64,000 nt of DNA from an uncultured Candidatus Saccharibacteria bacterium. Lineage in GTDB: Bacteria; Patescibacteriota; Minisyncoccia; UBA6257; Colwellbacteraceae. The position numbers and the translations under genes were made by a program. The notes beneath the pieces were generated by a model, which was not told the DNA's origin, did not search any database, and saw nothing but the letters and a program-made list of their open reading frames with translations. The stretch covers positions 39,726-103,725 of the forward strand of contig CAZXPC010000001.1 in the NCBI GenBank assembly GCA_964643135.1, written 5' to 3'. Shown here in pieces: positions 1-9,857 of the stretch; position 1 is the stretch's first letter; each line of letters opens with the position of its first letter.

Positions 1-1
1 C

Positions 2-370
2 CAGCAGGCGGTACGGGGCAATGTCGGAACCATGATTATTTTCCGGGTAGGCGGAGAAGACGGCAAATTGCTGGAGTCCGAGATGGCGCCGGTCTTTGAA
101 GCGAAAGATATGATTAACCTGGGTCTCCAGGAGTTTTATATTAAACTCACTATCGACGGAGAAACATATGACCCATTCTCAGCCCAGACTCTTAAGGTTT
201 TGGAACCGACTCACCAGTCGTTTAAGAAGAGGATAATCGACGCTTCAAGGAGAAAGTATGCGCTTCAGGCCGGTACCGCCAGAGAACTCATGGCCGCCGA
301 AGAAGCTGAACTCCGCAAGGCTTCAACCCCGCCGGTTAAAGCTGAAGATGTTCCGCCGCCTTTGATATAG
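2..370 (+). CDS. TraG/VirD4-like ATPase, C-terminal part (truncated by window start)
   Basis: Frame open from base 2 (QQAVRGNVGTMIIFRVG..FYIKLTIDG..PFSA); matches the C-terminal region of the paralog at 2151-3920. Confidence 0.8.
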   Translation, partial: QQAVRGNVGTMIIFRVGGEDGKLLESEMAPVFEAKDMINLGLQEFYIKLTIDGETYDPFSAQTLKVLEPTHQSFKKRIIDASRRKYALQAGTARELMAAEEAELRKASTPPVKAEDVPPPLI

Positions 371-383
371 TCTAGCGCGTTTT

Positions 384-2141
384 ATGGATAAAGAGACCAA
401 AAACTGCCAAAATTGCAAAAGAGAATTTTTAATTGACCGGAAAGATTTTGATTTCTACGCCAAAATCAAAGTTCCGGCGCCGACTTGGTGCCCGGACTGC
501 CGCATGGTCCGGCGGATGATCTGGTGGAACGAACGTCATTTTTTTAAACGCCAAAACCAAGACGGCAAAACGGCTCTCTCTACTTATCCCGAGGAATCTT
601 ATTTTAAGACCATCGATAAAGAAACTTGGTGGTCCGATAAATTTGAGGCGAAAGATTATGGCAGAGATTATGATTTCTCGCGAACATTCTTTGAGCAGTT
701 AAAAGAGCTCTCAGCTGATGTTCCGTTTCCGGACAAATCCGGGACAGATATGCTCAACAGCGAATACAGCAATGTTTCGAACGGTCTGAAGAATTGTTAC
801 ATGTGTTTTAACGATACCGATTGCCAGGATTGTCTTTATACGGTTTTTTCGTCTGACGTGAAAGATAGCGTCGATGTATTTACGACCGGCAATGCCGAGT
901 CTTGCTATGAATTGTATACGACCGGCGACAATTATCGGTTATTTTTCGGAGTTAGATCCCGGGGTTCGAGGGAATCGTATTTCTTGAGCCACGCCTTTAA
1001 TTGCTCCAATTGTTTTGCCTGTATTAACCTGCGAAACAAGGAATACCATATTTTTAACGAGCCTTATTCCCAAGCCGATTATCTAAAAAAATTGGCGGAG
1101 TTCGACTTGGGATCGCATTCATCACTTCAGGAAATAAAAAGCAGATTCGATAGTTTCAAATTGAAGTTTCCGTATGAATATATGAGCGGGGCCCGCAATA
1201 GCGGAGAAATTTCCGGAGACACGATCTTCGGTTCCAAGAACATTCAAGACTCTTACGCGCTCTATGACTCAGAAAATGTTCGTTATTCTCAAAGTTTGGC
1301 TTTTGCCACCAAGGACAGCTATGATTTTACTAACTGGGGAGTGAAAAGCGAGCTGGTCTATGAAGCGGTTGAGTGCGGGGATTCGATTCGGAACATTAAG
1401 TTCTCTTATGGTTGTGCTACGAATTCACAGAATTTGGAATATTGTCTCAATTGTTTTTCTTCGGAAGATTGTTTCGGCTGCGTGGGCCTCAAGAAAGCCA
1501 AGTACTGTATTTTCAACAAGCAATATTCTAAGGAAGAGTATTTCGAACTTAAAGAAAAGATTGTTGCGCAGATGGACACCGCTCCTTATATTGATAAGCT
1601 CGGCAGAATTTACCGATATGGCGAGTTCTTTCCGATCGATATGGCGCCTTTTGCCGCGAATGAAACCGCGATCACCGATTGGATTGATCTAAGCAAGGAG
1701 AAGGCTTTGGAATATGGACTTATTTGGCGCGAGCCGAAGCCGAACGAATATAAGATTACCATCGGATCGGCGAAACTGCCGGATCACATCAAAAATACGG
1801 GTGATGAGGTCCTGAAGGAGATAATCGGTTGTGAGGCATGCGGCTTGGGTTACCGGATTGTTCCGAAAGAGCTGGATTTTTATCGGCGATTTGGTTTGCC
1901 TTTGCCGAGGTTTTGCATCGACTGCCGGTTTAAGAAAAGAGTTAGCCAGCGCAATCTGCCTAGGCTTTACGAGAGTAAGTGTCAGTGCGGCGGGTCGGCG
2001 TCTCAAAACAAGGTCTATAAGAATTTGGCCGAACATTTTCACGGGACCGAGAGTTGTCCAAACAAATTCAAGACACCTTATCGCCCCGAAGATCCGCGTA
2101 TAATTTATTGCAAGGATTGCTATAACCGAGAAATATTCTGA
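384..2141 (+). CDS. Cys-rich zinc-ribbon/repeat protein typical of CPR
   Basis: CQNC..CPDC N-terminus, repeated C-x-x-C-F-x-C units, CEAC..CIDC and C-terminal YCKDCY; paralog of 17540-19300. Confidence 0.75.
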   Translation: MDKETKNCQNCKREFLIDRKDFDFYAKIKVPAPTWCPDCRMVRRMIWWNERHFFKRQNQDGKTALSTYPEESYFKTIDKETWWSDKFEAKDYGRDYDFSRTFFEQLKELSADVPFPDKSGTDMLNSEYSNVSNGLKNCYMCFNDTDCQDCLYTVFSSDVKDSVDVFTTGNAESCYELYTTGDNYRLFFGVRSRGSRESYFLSHAFNCSNCFACINLRNKEYHIFNEPYSQADYLKKLAEFDLGSHSSLQEIKSRFDSFKLKFPYEYMSGARNSGEISGDTIFGSKNIQDSYALYDSENVRYSQSLAFATKDSYDFTNWGVKSELVYEAVECGDSIRNIKFSYGCATNSQNLEYCLNCFSSEDCFGCVGLKKAKYCIFNKQYSKEEYFELKEKIVAQMDTAPYIDKLGRIYRYGEFFPIDMAPFAANETAITDWIDLSKEKALEYGLIWREPKPNEYKITIGSAKLPDHIKNTGDEVLKEIIGCEACGLGYRIVPKELDFYRRFGLPLPRFCIDCRFKKRVSQRNLPRLYESKCQCGGSASQNKVYKNLAEHFHGTESCPNKFKTPYRPEDPRIIYCKDCYNREIF

Positions 2142-2150
2142 TCAAGAATA

Positions 2151-3920
2151 TTAACCGTATCTTTCGCGGTCGTCGGTGTCATCATCGTCTTCAACTTTCA
2201 GGCTGTTTTTTAAGGTTGCGGCGAGGGAATCTGCGTTCTCTTCTTCGGAATTCTTGATGTGGTGCTTCGTCTCTTCATGAGGCTTAAGGTCCGATAAGGA
2301 AATTGTTTTTTCGGTTGAAACCGGCCGGGCGCCCGGGCGCTCATGCCGGCGTTCTTCCGGTTTTTTCTTCTTAGCATCAAATTCGATGCCAAGATTGGCG
2401 AGATCGGCGATATATTCGTTGGCCGCGGCGGCTCTCGGGGCAGGCCTGTTGAAGACGCTTGTTTTTGCCGAAGGTGCGCCCTTGGCCCCTCCGCCGCTCG
2501 ATGGCTGCCGTGCCGGCGCCGGTTTTTCTTGTTCCGCGCTGACCCGGCCAGCCCATTCGTTGATCTCTCTTTCGACTGAATCGCGGGAACGGCCGTAAAG
2601 CTTGCGGGATGATTCAATGATCTTTTCCTTCATGCCTTCTGAGGCAGGGAGCTCGATAGGCGGCAGAGTGTGCGCCGAAAACGGCCGGCTCGTGATGCCG
2701 TCGATCATAAGTTTTATATAAATAGAATAATTAGGTAGATTGACGATATCTTGAATGGTGAATTCAGGAGTAAATTCATTTTCGAGGAACTCGGCGTCAG
2801 CGGCGCCAACGCGGAAAACGACCATGGTGCCGACGTTGCCGAAAACGGCATCGCGGACCTTAGTCGAACCTCCGCCTCCAGCCGAAGAAACTGATGTAAT
2901 GAGCTGGCCGGTATACTGATGGGCGAGCGTCAAGTTGAGCCGGTACTTGCGGGCCTCCGACAGAATGTTGGAGAACGAGTCGGTGGCAAAGTTCTGGAAT
3001 TCATCTACATACAAGAAAAAGTCTTTCCGGTCGGCTTCGGGAATGCGGACGCGTTCCATGGCTGAAAGCTGAATTTTAGTGATGAACATGGCGCCCAGGA
3101 GAGCTGAGTTGTCTTCGCCGATTCTGCCTTTTGAAACGTTCAGAAGGAGGATCTTTTTATTGTTCATCAGATCGAAGATGTCGATGGTGCTCTTTTGCTG
3201 GCCGACGACGTTTCGGATGATGTTGGTCGATAGGAACTGTCCGACTTTGTTCTGAATCGGGGCGATAGCCTCGCTCCGGAATTTATCCTGCCAGCCTTCG
3301 TATTCGTGAATCCAGAAAGCCCTGACTACCGGGTCTTTAACGTTGGAGATTATTTTTTGGCGGTAGCTTTTGTCCACCAAGAGCCGCGGGATGCCGAGCA
3401 GAGTTGTATCCGGAGTGTCGAGCAGAGCGAGAATAGCGTTATTCAAAATATATTCCATACGGGCCGACCAGGCGTTCGACCAGATCTTGGTAAAGATGCC
3501 CATCAGGCCCGAAGCGACCAGATGCTTGTATTTAGGGTCCGGTAACTCCAAAACATTGAAGCCGATGTGATAGTCGGTATCAGCGGGGTTAAAGTAGATT
3601 ACGTCCTGGAGGCGGTGGGCGGGAATTTGGTTTAAGAGGTCTTCGACGAACTCGCCGTGGGGATCGACCACACACAGGCCGTCGCCGTTCGTAACGTCTT
3701 GGATCGCCAGGTTTTTAAGGAGGACGCTCTTACCGGTGCCGGTTTTACCGATCACATACATGTGTTGTCGGCGGTCTTTTCTTTTAATGCCGAAGAGCTT
3801 GTCATGATTCCGGAAGTTAGTCGTGCCGAAAAAAACGACATCAGGTTTCTTACCTAGGAAATCCTGAGCTTTCTTTTCTTCGGTCTTTTTCTTATCCGGG
3901 GCGTGGCTTCCGTGGCTCAT
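2151..3920 (-). CDS. TraG/VirD4-like (type IV coupling protein family) ATPase
   Basis: Walker A GKTGTGKS, VDPHGE, Walker B LYVDEFQNF, LSEARKY, AHQY motifs; long charged tail. Confidence 0.85.
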   Translation of the reverse strand: MSHGSHAPDKKKTEEKKAQDFLGKKPDVVFFGTTNFRNHDKLFGIKRKDRRQHMYVIGKTGTGKSVLLKNLAIQDVTNGDGLCVVDPHGEFVEDLLNQIPAHRLQDVIYFNPADTDYHIGFNVLELPDPKYKHLVASGLMGIFTKIWSNAWSARMEYILNNAILALLDTPDTTLLGIPRLLVDKSYRQKIISNVKDPVVRAFWIHEYEGWQDKFRSEAIAPIQNKVGQFLSTNIIRNVVGQQKSTIDIFDLMNNKKILLLNVSKGRIGEDNSALLGAMFITKIQLSAMERVRIPEADRKDFFLYVDEFQNFATDSFSNILSEARKYRLNLTLAHQYTGQLITSVSSAGGGGSTKVRDAVFGNVGTMVVFRVGAADAEFLENEFTPEFTIQDIVNLPNYSIYIKLMIDGITSRPFSAHTLPPIELPASEGMKEKIIESSRKLYGRSRDSVEREINEWAGRVSAEQEKPAPARQPSSGGGAKGAPSAKTSVFNRPAPRAAAANEYIADLANLGIEFDAKKKKPEERRHERPGARPVSTEKTISLSDLKPHEETKHHIKNSEEENADSLAATLKNSLKVEDDDDTDDRERYG

Positions 3921-4012
3921 AGATATTGCTTATTGGCTAATAAGTAAGATAGCATAAAAATAGGAGATTGAAAATTTGATTTTTTCCGGGACTTCAGGCT
4001 AATATTAACGGC

Positions 4013-4582
4013 ATGTCATTGGCGTATAACGAACTAAAACCGGGAACTTTTTTGGATATCGACGGCGAACCGTGGGAAGTCTTGGAATTCGCCTTTTTAA
4101 GGATGCAGCAGAGAAAGCCGGTGGCCAAGACTAAGCTTAGAAACTTAGTGACTGGCCGCGTGATGGAGCAGACTTTTCATCAGAGCGACAAGATTGAAGA
4201 GGCTGATTTGCAGAAAGAAGACATCAAGTTTATCTACGCTAATAGAGGAGAGTTTTGGTTTACGGCGCCCAACGACCCGTCTAAGAGATTTTCCCTCCCG
4301 GAGAAGAAGATTGTCGGTAAATCGGAATTCTTAAAGCCCAATATGATCTTAATTGCGCTCAAGTTCGGCGATGATGTCGTTGAAGTTAAGATGCCGATTA
4401 AGGTTGAGTACAAAGTTATCGAAGCTCCGCCGGCGATTAAGGGCAACACAGCTCAGGGCGGCAATAAATCGGTTACGATCGAGGGCGGCGGCAAAGTTTT
4501 AACTCCGCTTTTTGTGAATGAAGGAGACATAATTCGAGTTAACACCGAAACCGGCGACTACGTTGAACGCGTCAACGCCTAA
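4013..4582 (+). CDS. efp: elongation factor P
   Basis: ELKPG start, KGNTAQGG.K, PLFVNEGD.IRVNTETGDYVER. Confidence 0.95.
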   Translation: MSLAYNELKPGTFLDIDGEPWEVLEFAFLRMQQRKPVAKTKLRNLVTGRVMEQTFHQSDKIEEADLQKEDIKFIYANRGEFWFTAPNDPSKRFSLPEKKIVGKSEFLKPNMILIALKFGDDVVEVKMPIKVEYKVIEAPPAIKGNTAQGGNKSVTIEGGGKVLTPLFVNEGDIIRVNTETGDYVERVNA

Positions 4583-4619
4583 AAGCTGATCAGGCCACAC
4601 TCATCCACAGGCGGTCAAG

Positions 4620-4648
4620 TTGTATCTGTATAGCATATGTGCTATATT
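4620..4648 (+). promoter_or_regulatory. glmS promoter (TTGTAT-N17-TATATT) overlapped by palindrome TATAGCA-TATG-TGCTATA
   Basis: -35 at 4620-4625, -10 at 4643-4648; 4630-4648 is identical to the reverse complement of 47332-47350. Confidence 0.8.
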
Positions 4649-4685
4649 CGTCTTAAGAGGTTAACTAAAAATAAATTTTCTAGAA

Positions 4686-6527
4686 ATGTGCGGAATTGTC
4701 GGCTATACCGGTAAGAGAAAACCACTACAAGTCCTTGTCGACGGTTTGCGAAGCCTTGAGTATCGCGGTTATGATTCCGCCGGTGTCTCGTTCTGGGACG
4801 GAGAGAAAATAAAAACTATAAAAAAAGCCGGCCGGTTAGACAACTTGGTCGGACTTTTAACGGGCGAAGTGGATTACCCCGACCAGGCGGCGATTGGCCA
4901 CACGCGCTGGGCTACCCACGGCGAACCAAATGATGTGAATGCCCACCCGCATTTTGACTGCCATGAAGAAATTTCTTTGGCCCATAACGGCATTATCGAG
5001 AACTACAAGATTCTGAAGTCTAAGCTCGAGAAGAGGGGCCACAAATTTAAATCTCAGACCGACACCGAAGTCATTACCCACTTAATTGAAGAGGAATTTA
5101 AGAACCCGAAGAACGACACCTCCGAAAAGGCGATTCTGAGTTCGGTTAAGAAATTACGGGGAGCTTTTTCATTGGTCATCTTGATCAGGAGAGAGCCCAA
5201 TAAACTTTTTGCGATTAGGAACTTCAGTCCGCTCATTTTGGGCATCGGTACCGATGAATATATTATTGCCTCAGATCCGACGCCGATTATAAAATACACC
5301 AAGCAGATCATATATATGAATGACGGTGATATGGCAGTCGTCACTCCCGCGGGTTATGAATTTATTGACTTCCGCCACCAGTCTTTGAATAAAGATGTGA
5401 GCGAGATTGACTGGACTGTGGAAGAGGCGGAGAAGAGTGGCCATGAACATTTTTCGATGAAAGAGATTATGGAACAGCCCGAAGTGATCGAAAACGTTTT
5501 ACGAGGCCGGCTCTTAGTCGAGGAAGGGCGAGCTAAATTGGGCGGCCTGGACTCTGTCCAAGAGAAATTGAGAAATATTAAACGTATTATTATCACCGCT
5601 TGCGGTACGGCTGGTTTTGCCGGCAATGTCGGAGAATACATGATCGAAGAGTATGCCGGGATTCCGGTTGAAGTTGATTTGGCTTCGGAATTTAGATATC
5701 GAAAGCCGATTATTGACCCAGACACCGCTGTTATCTGCGTTTCCCAGTCCGGGGAGACGGCTGATACGCTGGCGGCCTTGCGCGAATCGAAAGAGAAGGG
5801 GGCGCTGACCTTGGGAGTCGTGAATGTCGTTGGCTCTTCAATTGCTCGTGACAGCCATGCCGGGGTTTATACGCACGCGGGTCCCGAAAAATCGGTGGCT
5901 TCGTACAAGGCGTTTACTTCACAGCTGACGGCTATGGCGCTCTACACATTATTTTTGGGCAGACAGCGAGGTATGTCGGTTGTGACTGGCAAGCGAATCG
6001 CCGAAGAGCTGAAACTGATCCCGGACCTAATGCGCGAAGTATTAAAACAATCTGATGAAATTAAAGATATAGCTAAGAGATATAAAGATTTCAATAACTT
6101 CCTATATGTCGGACGGAAATATAATTATCCGATTGCTTACGAAGGCGCGTTGAAGATGAAAGAGGTCTCGTATGCGCACGCCGAGGGCTACAGCTCGGCC
6201 GAAATGAAACACGGCCCGATCGCGATGATCGATAAAGATTTTCCGACCGTAGCAATTATTCCCAAAGACAGCGTTTACGAAAAGAATTTTTCAAATTTGC
6301 AGGAAATTAAAGCCCGAAGCGGCCCGATTATCGCGATTGCGACTAAGGGCGACAAAGATATCAGGCATATTACGAAAGATGTGATTTTTATACCCAAGAC
6401 TTTGGAAATGCTAACTCCGCTTTTGTCAGTGATTCCGCTCCAGCTTTTTGCTTACCACTCAGGTGTGGCGCGCGGAAGAGACGTTGATAGGCCGCGAAAC
6501 TTGGCAAAGTCGGTTACGGTGGAGTAA
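4686..6527 (+). CDS. glmS: glutamine--fructose-6-phosphate aminotransferase
   Basis: MCGIVG, GHTRWATHG, SQSGETAD, PRNLAKSVTVE. Confidence 0.98.
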   Translation: MCGIVGYTGKRKPLQVLVDGLRSLEYRGYDSAGVSFWDGEKIKTIKKAGRLDNLVGLLTGEVDYPDQAAIGHTRWATHGEPNDVNAHPHFDCHEEISLAHNGIIENYKILKSKLEKRGHKFKSQTDTEVITHLIEEEFKNPKNDTSEKAILSSVKKLRGAFSLVILIRREPNKLFAIRNFSPLILGIGTDEYIIASDPTPIIKYTKQIIYMNDGDMAVVTPAGYEFIDFRHQSLNKDVSEIDWTVEEAEKSGHEHFSMKEIMEQPEVIENVLRGRLLVEEGRAKLGGLDSVQEKLRNIKRIIITACGTAGFAGNVGEYMIEEYAGIPVEVDLASEFRYRKPIIDPDTAVICVSQSGETADTLAALRESKEKGALTLGVVNVVGSSIARDSHAGVYTHAGPEKSVASYKAFTSQLTAMALYTLFLGRQRGMSVVTGKRIAEELKLIPDLMREVLKQSDEIKDIAKRYKDFNNFLYVGRKYNYPIAYEGALKMKEVSYAHAEGYSSAEMKHGPIAMIDKDFPTVAIIPKDSVYEKNFSNLQEIKARSGPIIAIATKGDKDIRHITKDVIFIPKTLEMLTPLLSVIPLQLFAYHSGVARGRDVDRPRNLAKSVTVE

Positions 6528-8612
6528 CTAGTGTCCGCCGTATTTTTTCTTGAGAGCGGAGATTTCTTCCGGCGTTAAGTTGTTGTAGACGGCGAGCCAA
6601 TCGCTCGCGATTTGATGAGCGGCGATACTTAGATCGACTCGGCCGTCGCAGACCTGGCCTTGCAAATAAATTTCGACTAAGTCTTTCTCGTGAAAGCCCG
6701 GCACGGGCGCCGCGGCCTCAGGAAATAAGTTCGCGATATCATTTGATCCGCCCAAGGCCAACGGCACAATGTGGTCAACTTCATAAGCGCCCTTGGCCGG
6801 CGGGTAAGGTAAGTCATATTCCGCAAAAACTTGCTTGCGCAATTTGGGGGAGACGTTGCGAACGGACTTGGTGTAGCCTTTGACGCAGATTTCTTCGACT
6901 GTGGCGTTGGGAAAAATCGCTCCGGGCGAACAATCCGAATTGGGTAGAGGGCCTTTTATTTCGCACGAAGCAGTTTTGATCCGCGTCAAGATTGGTGGGA
7001 GGGGCGCGGCGGCTGATGAACTGGCGAGGAGCGATTGCATATTTTCTTTCGCGGCCTTATTTGACTCTGAGTGGCGGAAAGATATGAGGCCGGCCGCGGA
7101 GATTGTGAGCAGAAATGCGACCAAGGGAATTAGAAAGGGGATTTTGTTCTTCGATTGCCTAAAAAGATAATAGAAAAATAGCCCATAAATCAGGATAACC
7201 AGGACAAATGGAAATTGGGGGATGGTAAGCGATGCGAACGGCAAGCGAGAGAAAAGATTGATGATGCCAAGTTCATAGCGAAGCAAGACATAAGATATTT
7301 TGCCGGGAACGAAGGCGACGATATTCGAAATAATGCCCGCGAAGCCGGTTGCGAAACCAAAGATCATGGTGAAAGGAATGAATGGCAGCACTAATAGGTT
7401 GGCTGGGATAGTAACGAGCGACCAAGTTCCCATCTTCCAAATAATGAAGGGCAGAATAAAGATATAGACCGCAATTGTGAGAGCAGCGGATTCGCGGAGC
7501 CACGTCCATTTAATTACTTGGAGCTTTTCCTCGACTCGGGGAGTGAAAAACAATACGGCAATCGTGGCCAAAAAAGAGAGTTCGAAAGAGACATCAAAAG
7601 CCAGAATAAACGGGTTAAGGAAGATCATAATGACGCCGGCGCAAATTAGGGCCCGCCCCGCGTCATAAGTGCGGCCGGTCAGTCGGGCGATGAGGACTAG
7701 CAAGGCCATAATGCCGGCGCGAATTGAAGTCTGCGCTGCGCCGGTCATCAGAATATATGAAAGAACGCCCAGCATGGCTATGATGCCGCCGAAAACGGCC
7801 GGCAGGAAACCGAACAGCTTTAAAATCATGTTAGAGACCAGGCTGACATGATAACCGGCGATAGTTACCAAGTAGACTAAGCCGGTTGAGGTCAAAGCTA
7901 TTTTCTCATCTGCGCTAAACGAGGCGCGGTCGCCTAAAATTAATCCCCGCATGAATCCCGATTCGGGTTCTGATATTGATGAATCTAAATTGGCGACTAG
8001 CCGGCCGCGGACTAAGAAAAGCCACCGTTTCAGGAAATTTCCGCCGCCGGTCGAAATGACTGTGATTTTTGGGTTTCGGACGACGTAGAAGATGCCGTCT
8101 TTTTTCAGATAATTTATGTAGTCGAAAGTTGCGCCCTGGTCAGTCGAGAAGTTCGCAGGTTTCTCTAATTTACCGGTAAAGGAAATGTTGTCGCCGTATT
8201 TATATTCCTGATCCCCTTTAGAGATGAGAAGAATATTGGTGTTTGTTCCTTGTCGCTCGGTCCCGACAACAATTTCAGTGCCGCTGTCTTTAACGATAGG
8301 CATATCTTTAATAAGTCCGGACAGAGTAACCGAGCTGCCCGTTTGATTTTCAAAAACAACGGGAGCCGGTTTATCAATAATCTCGAACCTAATGATCCCG
8401 AGCGAAAAAGCGAAAATAAAAAAAGATATTAATTTCATCCATTTTCCAATTTTCTCAAGGTCAGACCTCGAGAAAATGAAGAATAGGCCGATTACTAGCG
8501 AGATTGTCCCAAGGAAAGCGGCGGCGTAAAAGTCGAAAGGCAGAAATGACTTCCAAAGTATGCCCAGGACGAAACCCAGACACACCGAATTAAAGACCAT
8601 GTTTCTAGTCAT
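6528..8612 (-). CDS. comEC: ComEC/Rec2 competence channel with C-terminal HNH-like domain
   Basis: N-terminal TMs plus OB-like region (FDYINYL), RAGIM and SFELSFLAT motifs; tail YEVDHIVPLALGGSNDIANL; start taken at ATG 8612. Confidence 0.85.
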   Translation of the reverse strand: MTRNMVFNSVCLGFVLGILWKSFLPFDFYAAAFLGTISLVIGLFFIFSRSDLEKIGKWMKLISFFIFAFSLGIIRFEIIDKPAPVVFENQTGSSVTLSGLIKDMPIVKDSGTEIVVGTERQGTNTNILLISKGDQEYKYGDNISFTGKLEKPANFSTDQGATFDYINYLKKDGIFYVVRNPKITVISTGGGNFLKRWLFLVRGRLVANLDSSISEPESGFMRGLILGDRASFSADEKIALTSTGLVYLVTIAGYHVSLVSNMILKLFGFLPAVFGGIIAMLGVLSYILMTGAAQTSIRAGIMALLVLIARLTGRTYDAGRALICAGVIMIFLNPFILAFDVSFELSFLATIAVLFFTPRVEEKLQVIKWTWLRESAALTIAVYIFILPFIIWKMGTWSLVTIPANLLVLPFIPFTMIFGFATGFAGIISNIVAFVPGKISYVLLRYELGIINLFSRLPFASLTIPQFPFVLVILIYGLFFYYLFRQSKNKIPFLIPLVAFLLTISAAGLISFRHSESNKAAKENMQSLLASSSAAAPLPPILTRIKTASCEIKGPLPNSDCSPGAIFPNATVEEICVKGYTKSVRNVSPKLRKQVFAEYDLPYPPAKGAYEVDHIVPLALGGSNDIANLFPEAAAPVPGFHEKDLVEIYLQGQVCDGRVDLSIAAHQIASDWLAVYNNLTPEEISALKKKYGGH

Positions 8613-8665
8613 GCTTATCTTTTTGGCTTGTATTTTTAGCCTGGAAAAATCATAATACGGGCGCG

Positions 8666-9712
8666 ATGAAGAAAAAATCAAAGAAAACTATATTTGTGGG
8701 CCTCTCGGGCGGGGTAGATTCCTCGGTGGCGGCCTATCTGCTCTTGAAACAGGGCTACCGTGTCGTGGGTGTTCATATGCGTTGCTGGAATGAGGGTGAC
8801 TGTGATGTCGAAGAAGCTGAATATGCCCGCCGCGTGGCTGAGCACTTAGGCATACCGTTCTACCTTTTCGATCTAGAAAAGGAATATAAAAAGGCGGTTG
8901 TCGACTACATGATTAAGGGCTACAAAGAGGGAATCACGCCAAACCCGGACGTTATGTGTAACCGCGAAATTAAGTTCGGTGTCTTTTTGAAGAAAGCGAT
9001 CGAACTCGGTGCCGACTATATGGCAACCGGCCATTATGTGAAGCGGATTGGCAATAAACTCGCGATCGCCAAAGATCTTTCAAAAGACCAATCATATTTC
9101 TTATGGACTTTGACTGAAGCGCAGATCAAGCGTTCGCTTTTCCCAATTGGGGACTGTCAGAAGAAAGATGTGCGTAAAATTGCTAAGAGAATTGGCTTGC
9201 CGACTTGGAACAAGAAAGATTCGCAGGGTATTTGCTTTATTGGCCAGGTTTCGATTAAAGATTTTTTAAAACGCTATATTAAAGGCAAGCTAGGCAATAT
9301 TGTTGATGAAAAAGGGAATGTATTGGGCCATCACGAGGGCGCACAGTTTTATACCATCGGCCAGAGACATGGCTTAAATATCGGCGGCAGCGACTTGCCG
9401 TATTATATAAAAGCCAAGAATATCAAAAAGAATTTGCTGATTGTGGCTAAGGGTGAAGCCAATCCAGCGTTGTACCGCAAAGAAATTAAACTAGCGCAGG
9501 TAAACTTGAACCAAGTCGTTCCGAAATCTGGACTTAAAGTCATGACGCGGGTTCGCTACCGCCAGCCGTTGTTTACGGCTCGTTTCTATCAGCTATCAGC
9601 TAAAAGCTATCAGCTTATCTTTGACGTCAGTCAAAAGTTTATTGCCCCGGGCCAATCGGCCGTAATATACGACAAAAAGGGAATTATGCTCGGCGGGGGA
9701 GCCATTCTGTAA
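8666..9712 (+). CDS. mnmA: tRNA 2-thiouridine(34) synthase
   Basis: SGGVDSS, TPNPDVMCN, KDQSYFL, DSQGICF, PGQSAV. Confidence 0.97.
   Translation: MKKKSKKTIFVGLSGGVDSSVAAYLLLKQGYRVVGVHMRCWNEGDCDVEEAEYARRVAEHLGIPFYLFDLEKEYKKAVVDYMIKGYKEGITPNPDVMCNREIKFGVFLKKAIELGADYMATGHYVKRIGNKLAIAKDLSKDQSYFLWTLTEAQIKRSLFPIGDCQKKDVRKIAKRIGLPTWNKKDSQGICFIGQVSIKDFLKRYIKGKLGNIVDEKGNVLGHHEGAQFYTIGQRHGLNIGGSDLPYYIKAKNIKKNLLIVAKGEANPALYRKEIKLAQVNLNQVVPKSGLKVMTRVRYRQPLFTARFYQLSAKSYQLIFDVSQKFIAPGQSAVIYDKKGIMLGGGAIL
9586..9615. repeat. tandem 7-mer array inside mnmA
   Basis: CTATCAG CTATCAG CTAAAAG CTATCAG CT. Confidence 0.7.
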
Positions 9713-9857
9713 GAGGTGTCACCTCGTCAGTTACCGAATAACCACCCAAGGGGAAGCCTTGGCAGCATATCTTGACGGAGTAGTGTTGCTGTGTTACGAT
9801 GGCTCCACGCTAAGAAAGGGAGTAAATCCCCTAAATTGGCGGTAGGATTGACCCACT

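Noticed and set aside
4583-4685. glmS ribozyme
   Set aside because: The interval is too short and lacks the conserved ribozyme core
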